Source: Gammaproteobacteria bacterium (GTDB taxonomy: Bacteria > Pseudomonadota > Gammaproteobacteria > JAADGQ01). From it: a stretch of 64,000 bases of DNA. This document shows, in pieces, positions 46,822 through 56,687 of this stretch. Where the stretch lies: NCBI GenBank assembly GCA_015490755.1, contig WFXF01000087.1, positions 57,441 to 121,440 on the forward strand, written 5' to 3'. Each line of letters opens with the position of its first letter. Positions within the stretch are counted from its first letter, which is position 1. The position numbers were made by a program, and so were the translations under genes. A model generated the notes under the pieces. That model searched no databases. It was given only the letters and a program-made list of their open reading frames with translations, and was not told where the DNA came from.

Positions 46822-47325
46822 TTATCTATTAAATTCAAAAGGTCACCAGATGTTTTTAATGTTAAATATTACCCAACACTAAAAAAGATATTCTATTTAT
46901 ATTGCAATATATGCTTGAAAAGGTAAAAATGCGATGCATATTCTGTAATTGAGCCATATAATATTTAAAATTGCTCTACCAGAAGAATGCAGTTTGAACG
47001 ATGTTTTCGTCAACTAACCGTTTATCCAGGGATGTACTTTCGAAAAGCGGGCAATTTACTGACAGAAACCCAGTACATGTCTTGAGAGTTGCCTTAAAAC
47101 ACCACAAAGTCTAACGCAATAGCGTTAGCCTGAACTCTTTGTGAGTACTGATTTTAAAGATAAATTTATACTAAATAAAGGGAATTATTGGTTTTGTTGC
47201 TTTCAAGGGTAAACACTTACCCTGATTAATCAATATAAAATATTAAACCGATTGCGCTCCCGGAATTGTTGGGGCTACACAACAATTTTACCGGTTGAGC
47301 GCTTGATTAAGAGATAGAATAAAAA
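46822..47325 (+). promoter_or_regulatory. rne promoter/leader region with long structured 5' UTR hairpins
   Basis: 504 bp of non-coding DNA upstream of rne. A three-tier 80-nt hairpin spans 47071-47150: CAGTAC...GAGAGTT...CTAACGC-aata-GCGTTAG...GAACTCT...GTACTG. A compound hairpin spans 47254-47302 (GCGCTC-CCGG-AATTGTT...AACAATT-CCGG-GAGCGC) and ends about 24 nt before the ATG. This resembles the autoregulatory rne leader of E. coli. Confidence 0.5.
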
Positions 47326-49737
47326 ATGAAAAGAATGCTGATAAACGCGACTCAGCCAGAAGAGTTACGCGTTGCGATTGCCGATGGCCAACATTTAATA
47401 GACCTTGATGTCGAAACTCCTTCAAAAGAGCGCAAAAAATCTAATATCTATAAAGGGAAAATCACCCATATAGAACCCAGCCTGGAAGCTGCTTTTGTTG
47501 ATTACGGCGCAGATCGCCACGGTTTTCTTCCTATCAAGGAGGTAGCTCCCGCCTGCTACATCAACGAACAGCCGGAGGGTAACAGGCGCCCTCATATCAA
47601 GGATGTCTTGCAAGAAGGCCAAGAACTCATCATCCAGATCGATAAAGAGGAGCGTGGCAATAAGGGTGCAGCATTGACCACCTACATCAGCCTCGCAGGC
47701 CGTTACCTTGTATTGATGCCCAATAACCCGGGAGCCGGTGGTGTTTCGCGCCGTATCGCAGGAGAAGAGCGCAACGAACTCCGAGAAGTCCTAAGCTCAC
47801 TGACTGTTCCAGAAGATATGGGGCTCATTGTCAGAACTGCTGGCGTTGGAAAAAGTAGCGAAGAACTTCAGTGGGATCTGGACTACTTGATCAGTGTATG
47901 GGCTGCAATTACAACAGCCACACAAGACCGCCCCTCCCCTTTTCTTGTTTATCAGGAAAGCAAACTGATTATTCGTGCGATCCGCGACTATCTTAGCAAG
48001 GACGTGGGTGAAATCCTGATTGATGATGAAGGGCTCCATCAAGAAGCGTGCGACTTCATGCAGCAAGTAATGCCACAAAACCTTAGCAAATTAAAGCTTT
48101 ATACGGACGACGTTCCACTATTCACCCGATATCAGATTGAAAGTCAGATTGAAGGTGTGTTTCAACAAGAGGTTCGATTGCCTTCTGGTGGCGCTATCGT
48201 TATTGATCATACCGAAGCACTGATCGCAATTGATATAAACTCTGGACGTGCAACCCAAGGCAGCGATATCGAAGAGACCGCCCTTAAAACCAACCTGGAA
48301 GCAGCAGTAGAGATCGCTCGTCAATTACGACTCCGTGACCTGGGTGGTTTAGTCGTAATTGATTTTATCGATATGACTCCCGCTCGCAACCAACGGGAAG
48401 TTGAGAGCTGTATCAAAGAAGCACTTCGCCCAGATCGTGCACGCATCCAGGTTGGAAGAATCTCCCGCTTCGGCCTTCTTGAAATGTCTCGTCAACGCCT
48501 GCGATCTTCTTTGGCTGAATACAGTCAAAGTACTTGCCCTCGCTGTACCGGACGTGGCCGTATACGTAACGTAGAGTCATTAGCACTCTCTATACTGCGT
48601 GTTATAGAAGAAGAGGCCATGAAAGAAGGAACTGTAAAAATTATTACCCAGGTTCCTGTAAATGTTGCGACTTTCCTGCTTAATGAGAAGCGCCAGGATA
48701 TTCTTGCAATTGAATCAAGACAAAAAACACATGTTGTTCTGGTTCCGAATATCGCAATGGAAACGCCTCATTATGAAGTCAGCCGGGTTAAACCAGATGG
48801 CTCTTCAGTAAATGCTACACAGCAACCCAGCTACGAAATTGCCAAACCTGCAAAAAATGAGGTCATTACAGATGCGTTTGCCGAAAAACCAACAATTGAA
48901 AAGCCAGCAGTAGGACGAATAAAACCTAGCGGCCCAGCGCCCGCACAAGGCGTGGGTTCAGGAGTTTTTAAACGCATCTTTTCCGGGCTGTTTGGTGGAA
49001 ACGTCAGCAACAGCAATAAGCTGTTAACACAAACAGAAACACCTGATATAACCGAAACTGAAACTAAAGAGCAAAAAACAACAACTCGCTCCAACCAACG
49101 TAATCGAGGGCGAACTACAAATAATCGACGTCGCAATACAAATAAAAACAGTGGCTCGCAACAACAAAAAAAACCATCAAACCGAAACCAGAATGAGCGC
49201 AACCAACAAACAGATAGCGAACAAAAAGAGACTCGAAACAGACCAGCTCAATCAAGTACAAATGAAGAGACTCGCACGGGGCATAACCGCAGAGGTCGTC
49301 GTGGTGGTCGCCGTGGTGGTCGTCGCCCCGCTTCAACAGACAACAAAGTCAACCCAACAAGCGGTGGGCAGCAACAACCCTCTCCAACTCCATCTGAAGC
49401 CAACACTACATCACCAAAAACAGTAACCCCCCCTAAACCAGCGCCTGCTGCTGAACCATCAAAACCTGTTTCTACAGAGAAAAAATCAGCTGCGCCCAAG
49501 GAAAAAAGAGTAGAGCCTACACCTGCTATCGAGAAAAAAACCGAGACCAAAGCAGCGCCAACAACAAATGCAACACCGAAACCTGATCATCAGCCCGAAA
49601 AAACAAAACGGGTCGTTAAAAAGCCCGCTCGCTCTATTTCTCAACCAAGAAATGAAACTCCTTCGACTACCAAACCCAAGGCTGAAACACCAAAAATTCA
49701 ACCATCGGCCGCCAGCAACAAGAGTAGTGAAAAGTAA
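47326..49737 (+). CDS. rne: ribonuclease E
   Basis: 803 aa. The N-terminal catalytic half is '[19 protein letters not shown]....D......[22 protein letters not shown]'. Also present are the Zn-link 'CPRCTGRG' and an Arg-rich C-terminal scaffold ('[13 protein letters not shown]'). Confidence 0.95.
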   Translation: MKRMLINATQPEELRVAIADGQHLIDLDVETPSKERKKSNIYKGKITHIEPSLEAAFVDYGADRHGFLPIKEVAPACYINEQPEGNRRPHIKDVLQEGQELIIQIDKEERGNKGAALTTYISLAGRYLVLMPNNPGAGGVSRRIAGEERNELREVLSSLTVPEDMGLIVRTAGVGKSSEELQWDLDYLISVWAAITTATQDRPSPFLVYQESKLIIRAIRDYLSKDVGEILIDDEGLHQEACDFMQQVMPQNLSKLKLYTDDVPLFTRYQIESQIEGVFQQEVRLPSGGAIVIDHTEALIAIDINSGRATQGSDIEETALKTNLEAAVEIARQLRLRDLGGLVVIDFIDMTPARNQREVESCIKEALRPDRARIQVGRISRFGLLEMSRQRLRSSLAEYSQSTCPRCTGRGRIRNVESLALSILRVIEEEAMKEGTVKIITQVPVNVATFLLNEKRQDILAIESRQKTHVVLVPNIAMETPHYEVSRVKPDGSSVNATQQPSYEIAKPAKNEVITDAFAEKPTIEKPAVGRIKPSGPAPAQGVGSGVFKRIFSGLFGGNVSNSNKLLTQTETPDITETETKEQKTTTRSNQRNRGRTTNNRRRNTNKNSGSQQQKKPSNRNQNERNQQTDSEQKETRNRPAQSSTNEETRTGHNRRGRRGGRRGGRRPASTDNKVNPTSGGQQQPSPTPSEANTTSPKTVTPPKPAPAAEPSKPVSTEKKSAAPKEKRVEPTPAIEKKTETKAAPTTNATPKPDHQPEKTKRVVKKPARSISQPRNETPSTTKPKAETPKIQPSAASNKSSEK

Positions 49738-49744
49738 AAAACTC

Positions 49745-49774
49745 CCGTTCCCGCGCCTTTCCGCGTGGGAACGG
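49745..49774 (-). terminator. intrinsic terminator between the convergent rne and ptp genes
   Basis: CCGTTCCCGCG...CGCGTGGGAACGG stem. On the minus strand it is followed by GAGTTTTTT. On the plus strand an A-run precedes it, so it is possibly bidirectional. Confidence 0.6.
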
Positions 49775-49783
49775 TCACGAACA

Positions 49784-50263
49784 TCAAAAATCCTTTAATA
49801 TGATTTTACTTAGCAAACCTTCAGAAGCGGCCTCAACAAGATCCAAAACACGCTCAAACCCGGACTGACCACCATAATAAGGGTCAGGAACTTCTCTCTC
49901 GGGCAAGTTTGGTGCATATTCCAAAAACAACTCTATTTTATTGTGATACTCAGATGGTGCTGCATCTTTTAAATTATTTAGATTCTCTCTATCCATTGCC
50001 AGAATATAATCATAGTACTCAAAATCCCGCTCTTCGACTCGCCTGGCACGATAAATACTAATATCAGCTTCACGTTTTGCCGCAGCCATTTGAGCTCTGG
50101 GATCGGGACTCTCTTCAATATGATAGGCATGAGTCCCCGCTGAATCAATTTCAAGAGAGTCTGACAGCCCATATTGATTCACCAATTTTTGAAACATACC
50201 CTCAGCCGTTGGTGAGCGACAGATATTTCCCATACAAACAAAAAGAACTTTAACCATACTCAC
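49784..50263 (-). CDS. low-molecular-weight protein-tyrosine phosphatase
   Basis: 159 aa with the 'VLFVCMGNICRSPTAEG' CX5R(S/T) P-loop and a 'DPYY' Asp loop. Confidence 0.9.
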   Translation of the reverse strand: MSMVKVLFVCMGNICRSPTAEGMFQKLVNQYGLSDSLEIDSAGTHAYHIEESPDPRAQMAAAKREADISIYRARRVEERDFEYYDYILAMDRENLNNLKDAAPSEYHNKIELFLEYAPNLPEREVPDPYYGGQSGFERVLDLVEAASEGLLSKIILKDF

Positions 50264-50289
50264 CCCATCTTATATAGATTGATTGTACT

Positions 50290-50610
50290 ATGCCGATTAT
50301 AATCTATACTCAAAATATATTTAACATGGATCACTTTGAATTAATGAAAGAAATTTCAACACAAAAACTTCGCTCATTAATTGGCACACATGTTAATTGG
50401 CAAAACCAGGAGCACGTCATTGTAGAAGTATTGGAGGATGAGCTTGCATTGGTGCTCAGATCAACGCAACAATCAAAAATTATACAACCCGACCAGCATG
50501 GCGAGGCGCACCGACGTGTTCAAAACACTGTCACTTTAACTATTTATAGCAACACAGAAAAGAGTGAATTAAACCCTGAGTTTATGGAGCTTGGGCTACA
50601 GCTTGATTAA
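50290..50610 (+). CDS. hypothetical protein (start probably the Met at 50326)
   Basis: This is the only substantial ORF in the gap between ptp and kdsB. No family was recognised and coding status is unverified. Confidence 0.35.
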   Translation: MPIIIYTQNIFNMDHFELMKEISTQKLRSLIGTHVNWQNQEHVIVEVLEDELALVLRSTQQSKIIQPDQHGEAHRRVQNTVTLTIYSNTEKSELNPEFMELGLQLD

Positions 50611-50644
50611 AGTGCAACCACGAGATAGCTTCCACCCTTACCCC

Positions 50645-50742
50645 CACTGCCATTAAGTTAAGGGATGCATCTGGTTCCATATGCATCCCCACGCTGGAGC
50701 ATGGGGACGAGGTGTATTTATATGCTTAACTTAATGGCAGTG
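50645..50742. repeat. 98-bp palindromic element abutting the kdsB stop codon
   Basis: The 18-bp arms are perfect: CACTGCCATTAAGTTAAG (50645-50662) and CTTAACTTAATGGCAGTG (50725-50742). Internal hairpins are GGGATGCAT/ATGCATCCC and CCCCA/TGGGG. ACCCTTA occurs on both flanks (50634-50640 and 50743-50749). Confidence 0.75.
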
Positions 50743-50746
50743 ACCC

Positions 50747-51508
50747 TTAACCCTGACTCAAAAGCTCTCTTAAACGAACCAAATCATCCTCAGTATCCAC
50801 TCCATACCCCGGATGCTCAAGCGCCTCAGCCACATGTATTCGCCTACCTAACCATAAAGCTCTAAGCTGCTCCAATGACTCCATACTCTCCAAAGCACAA
50901 GGTGAACAACTTACATACTCCTCTAAAAATCCAGCCCTATATGCATACAACCCAACATGCCTGTAATGCTCGGAGCGTTTGGGTAACTCAGCGGTCGACA
51001 CTGAAAAAGCATCCCTGTCCCATGGAATAGATGCGCGACTAAAATAGAGTGCATAACCCTCATGATCCATAACGACTTTCACAACATGTGGATCAAACAG
51101 CTCTGACACACATTTAATTCGCTCATATAAAGTTGCAATACTTGCCTGCTTATAAGTCGACAGATTCTCAGCAACCTGACGTATCAGGCTTGCGGGCATC
51201 AACGGCTCATCCCCTTGAAGGTTGACCACCACATCATCACTTGAAAAATTTAGCATTTGAGCCACTTCTGACAAACGATCCGTACCAGAGTGGTGTTGAT
51301 CAGAAGTCATCACAACATGGGCATCAAAATATTGAGCAGCCTGATAGATACGATCATCGTCTGTAGCAATAATTACATCATCTGCACCTGAAGCAACAGC
51401 TCGTTCATAAACGTGCTGGATCATGGTTTTTCCCACAATATCAAGCAACGGCTTACCCGGTAATCGCCGGGATGCGTAACGTGCAGGAATTACCACTCGA
51501 AATTTCAT
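50747..51508 (-). CDS. kdsB: 3-deoxy-manno-octulosonate cytidylyltransferase
   Basis: 253 aa with 'VVIPARYASRRLPGKPL', 'VVNLQGDEP' and 'HVGLYAYR'. Confidence 0.9.
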   Translation of the reverse strand: MKFRVVIPARYASRRLPGKPLLDIVGKTMIQHVYERAVASGADDVIIATDDDRIYQAAQYFDAHVVMTSDQHHSGTDRLSEVAQMLNFSSDDVVVNLQGDEPLMPASLIRQVAENLSTYKQASIATLYERIKCVSELFDPHVVKVVMDHEGYALYFSRASIPWDRDAFSVSTAELPKRSEHYRHVGLYAYRAGFLEEYVSCSPCALESMESLEQLRALWLGRRIHVAEALEHPGYGVDTEDDLVRLRELLSQG

Positions 51509-51688
51509 TTATACTTCTTCTTCTGCATCAAGCTGGCGAGCTTCGGTTTCCAGCATGACCGGAATATCATCTTGAATTGGATATGCCAGCCTACATGCTT
51601 TGCACACCAACTCCTGAACCTCTTTTTTATATATAAGCGGCCCCTTACATACTGGGCAAACCAAAATATCTAATAATTTTTTATCCAT
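51509..51688 (-). CDS. ycaR: Trm112/YcaR-family small zinc-ribbon protein (UPF0434)
   Basis: This gene is absent from the supplied ORF track because it is 59 aa. My translation is [59 protein letters not shown]. The ATG overlaps the lpxK stop by 8 bp, and it sits in the conserved lpxK-ycaR-kdsB position. Confidence 0.85.
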   Translation of the reverse strand: MDKKLLDILVCPVCKGPLIYKKEVQELVCKACRLAYPIQDDIPVMLETEARQLDAEEEV

Positions 51689-52682
51689 GAGACTCTCTAT
51701 TTTTTAATGTTTTAATGAGTAAATGATTAAAATCAATAGCAAATTTTTGCTCCATAAGAGCATCCACAGGTAAATACCAGTAATTATCTTTTGCAAATTT
51801 TCTACACTTCATAGCATCTTTTTCCGTCATCAAGATTGGCAAGGAAGAGCCTTCAAATGAAAAATCACTCTTCAAAAAGTTGTGATGGTCAGGAAAAGGG
51901 TGCTCAATAATTGTTAAGCCAAAATTTTTTAAGTATTTAAAAAAGCGTGCAGGATGACCTATGCCAGCAACAGCATGCACAGTTTGACCTTTCAAAAAAG
52001 ACAATGAGCGCCGCACTCTATGATTGTTATCGTTTACACTACATATTTCAGTCCCACCGAGCCGCATCAGATATTCAGTTTTTTTGACTGGCCCACCATT
52101 ATTAACAACCAAATCGACACTGCTCAAGCGGCTCTTTGTTTCACGAAGTGGCCCCGCAGGTAAACAGAAACCATTACCAAAACGACGCTCCCCATCAACA
52201 ACAACAATTTCAATATCTCGACCCAATGCATAATGCTGCAGACCATCATCACTAACTACAACATCACACGGATTGTTCTTCAAAAGATACTCTACAGCCA
52301 AAGGGCGATTCCGATTAACAACAACAGGGCATTGACAACGATGCGCAAGCAACCAGGGTTCATCGCCTACAACAGCAGGATCAGATCGGTTCGTAACAGC
52401 ACAAGGCTTGAGACCATTCACTCCCCCATAGCCTCGACTCACAATACCTGGTGAGTACCCTTGTTTTTTCAAATACTCTACCAGCCAAATAACCAGAGGC
52501 GTTTTACCTGTACCGCCTACACTAATATTTCCAACAATAATGACTGGAACAGGAAAGTGTATGACCTTGAAAACCCCTGAGCGATACAACATGCGACGCA
52601 CATTAGACAACACCCAGAACAATAATGATACAGGTAACAACAACCAGACAGTCAGTTTTTTACTGTACCAAAGGCGATTCAC
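51681..52682 (-). CDS. lpxK: tetraacyldisaccharide 4'-kinase
   Basis: 333 aa with '[16 protein letters not shown]' and 'SRGYGG'. Confidence 0.9.
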   Translation of the reverse strand: MNRLWYSKKLTVWLLLPVSLLFWVLSNVRRMLYRSGVFKVIHFPVPVIIVGNISVGGTGKTPLVIWLVEYLKKQGYSPGIVSRGYGGVNGLKPCAVTNRSDPAVVGDEPWLLAHRCQCPVVVNRNRPLAVEYLLKNNPCDVVVSDDGLQHYALGRDIEIVVVDGERRFGNGFCLPAGPLRETKSRLSSVDLVVNNGGPVKKTEYLMRLGGTEICSVNDNNHRVRRSLSFLKGQTVHAVAGIGHPARFFKYLKNFGLTIIEHPFPDHHNFLKSDFSFEGSSLPILMTEKDAMKCRKFAKDNYWYLPVDALMEQKFAIDFNHLLIKTLKNRESHG

Positions 52683-53098
52683 TGCTGATTTGTTTGCTGC
52701 GTTGCAATTGAAATGTGCACTAATCCCAATTGACGTGCTATATCCATTGCAGTGACTACAGATTGGTGTGGTGTTTTAGCATCTGCAATAATTGTTAAAG
52801 GTGGATTTTGGCGATCACCTAATACTTTAGTCAATGCTGATTTTAATGTTTTGGTTTGCGTGTTAATCACAAGCTGCTGATTTATATAATACTTTCCATC
52901 TTCACTAATAGTAATTTCAATGGGGTTCTCGTCTGCTGGCAATGTCGTTGCGCTAGCATCTGGCAGGTCAACAGAAATCTCGGTTTCTCGATTAAATGTT
53001 GTTGATACCATGAAAAATATTAGCAACAAAAAAACGACATCAATGAGAGGGGTTAAATTAATATCAATTGATTTTCGGCGAAATTGACGCAAATTCAC
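52679..53098 (-). CDS. exbD: ExbD/TolR-family biopolymer transport protein
   Basis: 139 aa with 'INLTPLIDVVFLLLIFFMVSTTF'. Confidence 0.85.
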   Translation of the reverse strand: MNLRQFRRKSIDINLTPLIDVVFLLLIFFMVSTTFNRETEISVDLPDASATTLPADENPIEITISEDGKYYINQQLVINTQTKTLKSALTKVLGDRQNPPLTIIADAKTPHQSVVTAMDIARQLGLVHISIATQQTNQQ

Positions 53099-53736
53099 TT
53101 AACTGATTCCTCAATCTCACTACTATCAATATCACGTTCGCCATGAAGAATTTCTACCATTTTTATCGACTCTTGCTCCATAGTGCAAACCAATTGATCA
53201 ACACGCCCCTGAAAATAGCGATAAAAAATCAGAGTAGGAATAGCAACTGTCAAGCCTGCTGCCGTTGTAATTAAAGCCTCTGATATACCACCAGCCAGAA
53301 TGGCAGCATTCCCGGTACCCTGTTCAGTGATTGCCGTAAATACCTTAATCATACCAATAACAGTACCCAGCAATCCGAGTAATGGTGTAATTGCTGCGAT
53401 AGTGCCTAACGTATTCAAAAAACGCTCCATCTCAAGAACAACATGCCGCCCAGCATCTTCTATACTCTCTTTCATAACCTCACGGCTATGTGCAAGATTT
53501 GATAAACCAGAGGCTAAAACACGCCCCAGCGGTGAACTTGTTCGTATCGCATTGATACGCCGCTCATGTAACTCCCCCTCTTTCGCAAGCTTTAGAATTT
53601 GAGGCACTAACTCTTTTGGACAAATATGTTGCTTTTGAAGTGCCCAAAAACGCTCACATATGATGGCAAGTGAAATCACTGAGCAAAATATAATTGGCAA
53701 CATGAGCCAACCACCAGACTGGATGAGTTCAAACAT
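53095..53736 (-). CDS. exbB: MotA/TolQ/ExbB proton-channel family protein
   Basis: 213 aa with 'LGTIAAITPLLGLLGTVIGMIKVF' and 'GISEALITTAAGL'. Confidence 0.85.
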   Translation of the reverse strand: MFELIQSGGWLMLPIIFCSVISLAIICERFWALQKQHICPKELVPQILKLAKEGELHERRINAIRTSSPLGRVLASGLSNLAHSREVMKESIEDAGRHVVLEMERFLNTLGTIAAITPLLGLLGTVIGMIKVFTAITEQGTGNAAILAGGISEALITTAAGLTVAIPTLIFYRYFQGRVDQLVCTMEQESIKMVEILHGERDIDSSEIEESVK

Positions 53737-53802
53737 TTTTTATTTCGATCCTAAAATCATTAGTTGTATATTCAGTGTTGCTGATAATACTGGATTTTCT
53801 AT

Positions 53803-56097
53803 CTATTTAACATGCCAGTAACGCTGCCCTGATTGACGATAACTTTCCACACTGCTTTCCAACCTGTTTAGCCTGAATGTCACCGCACCATGTGAAGCGG
53901 AATCAAATAGTTGAGCACCCAGCTCTTGGTAACGTTCAAATACAGATTTTTTTGGAAAACCCCACCGGTTTCTATAACCGACTGGAAAAACAACATACTC
54001 TGGATTAACCGCACTAATAAACTGTTCACTCGATGAAGTTTTACTACCATGGTGCGGTGCGACCAATATCTTTGACGGTAATTCAGCGGTATAATGCTTC
54101 ACCAGATAGGCTTCCGCTTCTTTCTCTATATCTCCCGTAATCAAAATACGACTTCCCCACCTATTTTCAATACGCAGTACGCATGATCCATTATTACCTG
54201 AAAATGGTTGCTTCTTATCGGGATGAATAATCTGGAAAGAGACGTCATCCCATTGCCATTGTTGCCCAGACCAACAATGCTCTACATGATCACCCGCTAT
54301 TTTTTCTGGAGTGCTTGTTAATATGCGGTGCACTTGAAATTGATCTAATACAGAACCCAATCCACCCATGTGATCATTATCACTATGGCTCACAATCAAA
54401 GCATCAATTTTATCAACACCCAGATTTTTCATAAAAGGTACGACAACGGCTTTTCCCGTATCAAACCTTTGATTAAAGCGGGGGCCAAAATCATATACCA
54501 GCGTATGATTTGTCGTCCGAACAACCGCTGAAAGCCCTTGCCCCACATCAAGCACAGTAAACCATACCTCACCGCTAACAGGTGATACAGGCTTCACTAA
54601 AAAGATTGGCATTAACCAAATAATTCCTAACCAACGTGCAGGAACTCCTTTTGGAATCAGTAACCATAAAATACCAATGACTGCAAAGACAATACTCCAG
54701 AGTGGTGGTTGATGCTGGTTCCACAATAGAGTATCAATTGATGCAATATACGCCAAAAACGGCCATATAATAGCAAGGGAAAGATCCGCTAGCCCAAGGA
54801 AAAACGCCCCTATAGAAGGCATCACAGGCATTGCTATGGTTCCAGATAGTGTTAAAGGAACCGTAATAGCACTTACCCAAGGCACTGCTACAAAATTAGC
54901 TAAAGGTGAAAGCAGAGCAACTTTCTGAAATAACAACAATAGTAGTGGACTGAGCCCCACACCTACAACAACATGTATATAACCCCATTTATGCCATAAA
55001 CCGGGTTTTCCAATACGCCCGTTCATCGCAAATAGAATAATACCAACCGCCCCAAAAGAGAGCCAAAATCCAGCCGACAATACAGAGTTTGGATCAAGCA
55101 ACAGCACAACTAGCAACGACAACATTAAAACTTCACTAGCTGCACGTTGACGTTGCCATATCACACATATCATCACTACAAAAAGCATAATAAATGCTCG
55201 CTGAGTGGGTACAGAAAACCCCGCAAGCGCTGCATAAAGAAATGCACCGATAATAGCAGCAACAGCTGCAGCTTTAGGTGCTGAAAATCGAAGGGACAAA
55301 TAACTGAAGCGCCCCCATAAATATCTGACAATAAAAAATAGCAGAGCTGACACCATACCTACATGCAGCCCGGATATAGCCATCAAATGGTTCGTGCCTG
55401 TATTTGTGAGTACCTCCCATTGCTCATGCGAAATATGTTGACGCTCGCCAATCGCAAGAGCCATCACTATGCCAGTATATGGACTATCACTTAGCACTGA
55501 TGAAATAGAGTTTGCAAGGTAGTGGCGAAATCGTTGCAGAGAGTAGTCGCTATTATTGGATGTGATTCGTTGGTTTACAGAGCTTTTTCTGATATAGCCT
55601 TTAGCACGTATTTTTTTCTGAAACAGCCAACTTTCATAATCAAACCCACCCGGATTCATAAACCCGTGAGGCCTTTTCAAACGCACAACAAAGCGCCACT
55701 GATCTCCTGGATGAAGTGGTGGCGCTCTATCGTACCAGGTCAGAACAATTTTTCCCGGGAACACTTGCGATTGGTTCTGAAAAGTTAAATCAGTAACATC
55801 AAATTCGAATTGAGTGCTACGTTCACGAACTTTTGGCAGTGATGAAATATACCCCTCAACAACAAGATTCTTTCCTTCTAGTGATTCATTCAAATGACTC
55901 GATAGTGTCATGGTCGAGAAAAACAGCGCCCATAAAAAACCACAAATAAAAGATGCGATGAGCCTGAAGAGTACTGGTAAAACAAATACTATTGGAACGA
56001 ACAGAAACAGTAACACGCACCAAAAGCTATCAGGCAACTGTTTAACCTGCTGAAGTAAAAGAACTCCCAATAAAAATGCGATCGTCCCTGAACGCAT
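53803..56097 (-). CDS. comEC: DNA internalization-related competence protein ComEC/Rec2
   Basis: 764 aa with a polytopic competence domain ('GTNHLMAISGLHVG') and a C-terminal metallo-beta-lactamase domain ('VLDVGQG', 'SHSDNDHMGG', 'APHHGS'). Confidence 0.9.
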   Translation of the reverse strand: MRSGTIAFLLGVLLLQQVKQLPDSFWCVLLFLFVPIVFVLPVLFRLIASFICGFLWALFFSTMTLSSHLNESLEGKNLVVEGYISSLPKVRERSTQFEFDVTDLTFQNQSQVFPGKIVLTWYDRAPPLHPGDQWRFVVRLKRPHGFMNPGGFDYESWLFQKKIRAKGYIRKSSVNQRITSNNSDYSLQRFRHYLANSISSVLSDSPYTGIVMALAIGERQHISHEQWEVLTNTGTNHLMAISGLHVGMVSALLFFIVRYLWGRFSYLSLRFSAPKAAAVAAIIGAFLYAALAGFSVPTQRAFIMLFVVMICVIWQRQRAASEVLMLSLLVVLLLDPNSVLSAGFWLSFGAVGIILFAMNGRIGKPGLWHKWGYIHVVVGVGLSPLLLLLFQKVALLSPLANFVAVPWVSAITVPLTLSGTIAMPVMPSIGAFFLGLADLSLAIIWPFLAYIASIDTLLWNQHQPPLWSIVFAVIGILWLLIPKGVPARWLGIIWLMPIFLVKPVSPVSGEVWFTVLDVGQGLSAVVRTTNHTLVYDFGPRFNQRFDTGKAVVVPFMKNLGVDKIDALIVSHSDNDHMGGLGSVLDQFQVHRILTSTPEKIAGDHVEHCWSGQQWQWDDVSFQIIHPDKKQPFSGNNGSCVLRIENRWGSRILITGDIEKEAEAYLVKHYTAELPSKILVAPHHGSKTSSSEQFISAVNPEYVVFPVGYRNRWGFPKKSVFERYQELGAQLFDSASHGAVTFRLNRLESSVESYRQSGQRYWHVK

Positions 56098-56165
56098 ACA
56101 AATACCCGTGGTTTTTTGCTATTCTTAAAAGAATAAATATTATATGGATTGCGATAAAAGAGAAT

Positions 56166-56687
56166 ATGCCAAGGAGATTGATTAAAAAATATATGCCCAA
56201 TCCAAAAGTGGTTCGAAGGCATAGATTTATAAAACTATTTGGGTCTCTTTTACATGATGCAAACTTATGGCATTTAAATCGTCGCTCAGTCTCTGGTGCA
56301 TTTGCCGTAGGCTTGTTCGTGGCCTTTATCCCTGTCCCGGCTCAAATGTTATTAGCAGCAGCCATTGCTATTGTTGTTCGAGTTAATTTACCCGTTGCGG
56401 TTGGCTTGGTATGGATCACAAATCCGGTCACTATACCCTTTATACTATTCCTGGCCTTCAAGATTGGCACTCTATTTACTGGTTCATCCATCACCCCCAT
56501 AGAGCTGGAGTTTACCTTTGAAAGCTTGCAAAATGGACTGGGAGACGTTTGGATACCTGTTTTGATCGGGTGTATTATTTTAGCAATCGGCTGTGCTGTA
56601 ACAGGATACCTTTTAATTCACTTGGCATGGCGCATAAAAGTGGCGCAAGCATGGAATGCACGCCGCACCAAGAAAAAAAATAATTAG
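56166..56687 (+). CDS. DUF2062 membrane protein
   Basis: '[13 protein letters not shown]...[28 protein letters not shown]' is the DUF2062 signature. The start was chosen at the internal ATG to avoid overlap with comEC. Confidence 0.7.
   Translation: MPRRLIKKYMPNPKVVRRHRFIKLFGSLLHDANLWHLNRRSVSGAFAVGLFVAFIPVPAQMLLAAAIAIVVRVNLPVAVGLVWITNPVTIPFILFLAFKIGTLFTGSSITPIELEFTFESLQNGLGDVWIPVLIGCIILAIGCAVTGYLLIHLAWRIKVAQAWNARRTKKKNN

Noticed and set aside
48831-49701. A cluster of ORFs on both strands lies within the 3' half of rne (for example 48831-49202, 49151-49426, 49248-49550).
   Set aside because: These are artefacts of the repetitive, Arg/Pro/Lys-rich, low-complexity coding sequence of the RNase E C-terminal scaffold. 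They have no independent coding evidence.
50665-50865. A 66-aa ORF spans the 98-bp palindrome and runs into kdsB.
   Set aside because: It starts inside the palindromic element and overlaps the 3' end of kdsB on the opposite strand. It is almost certainly non-coding.
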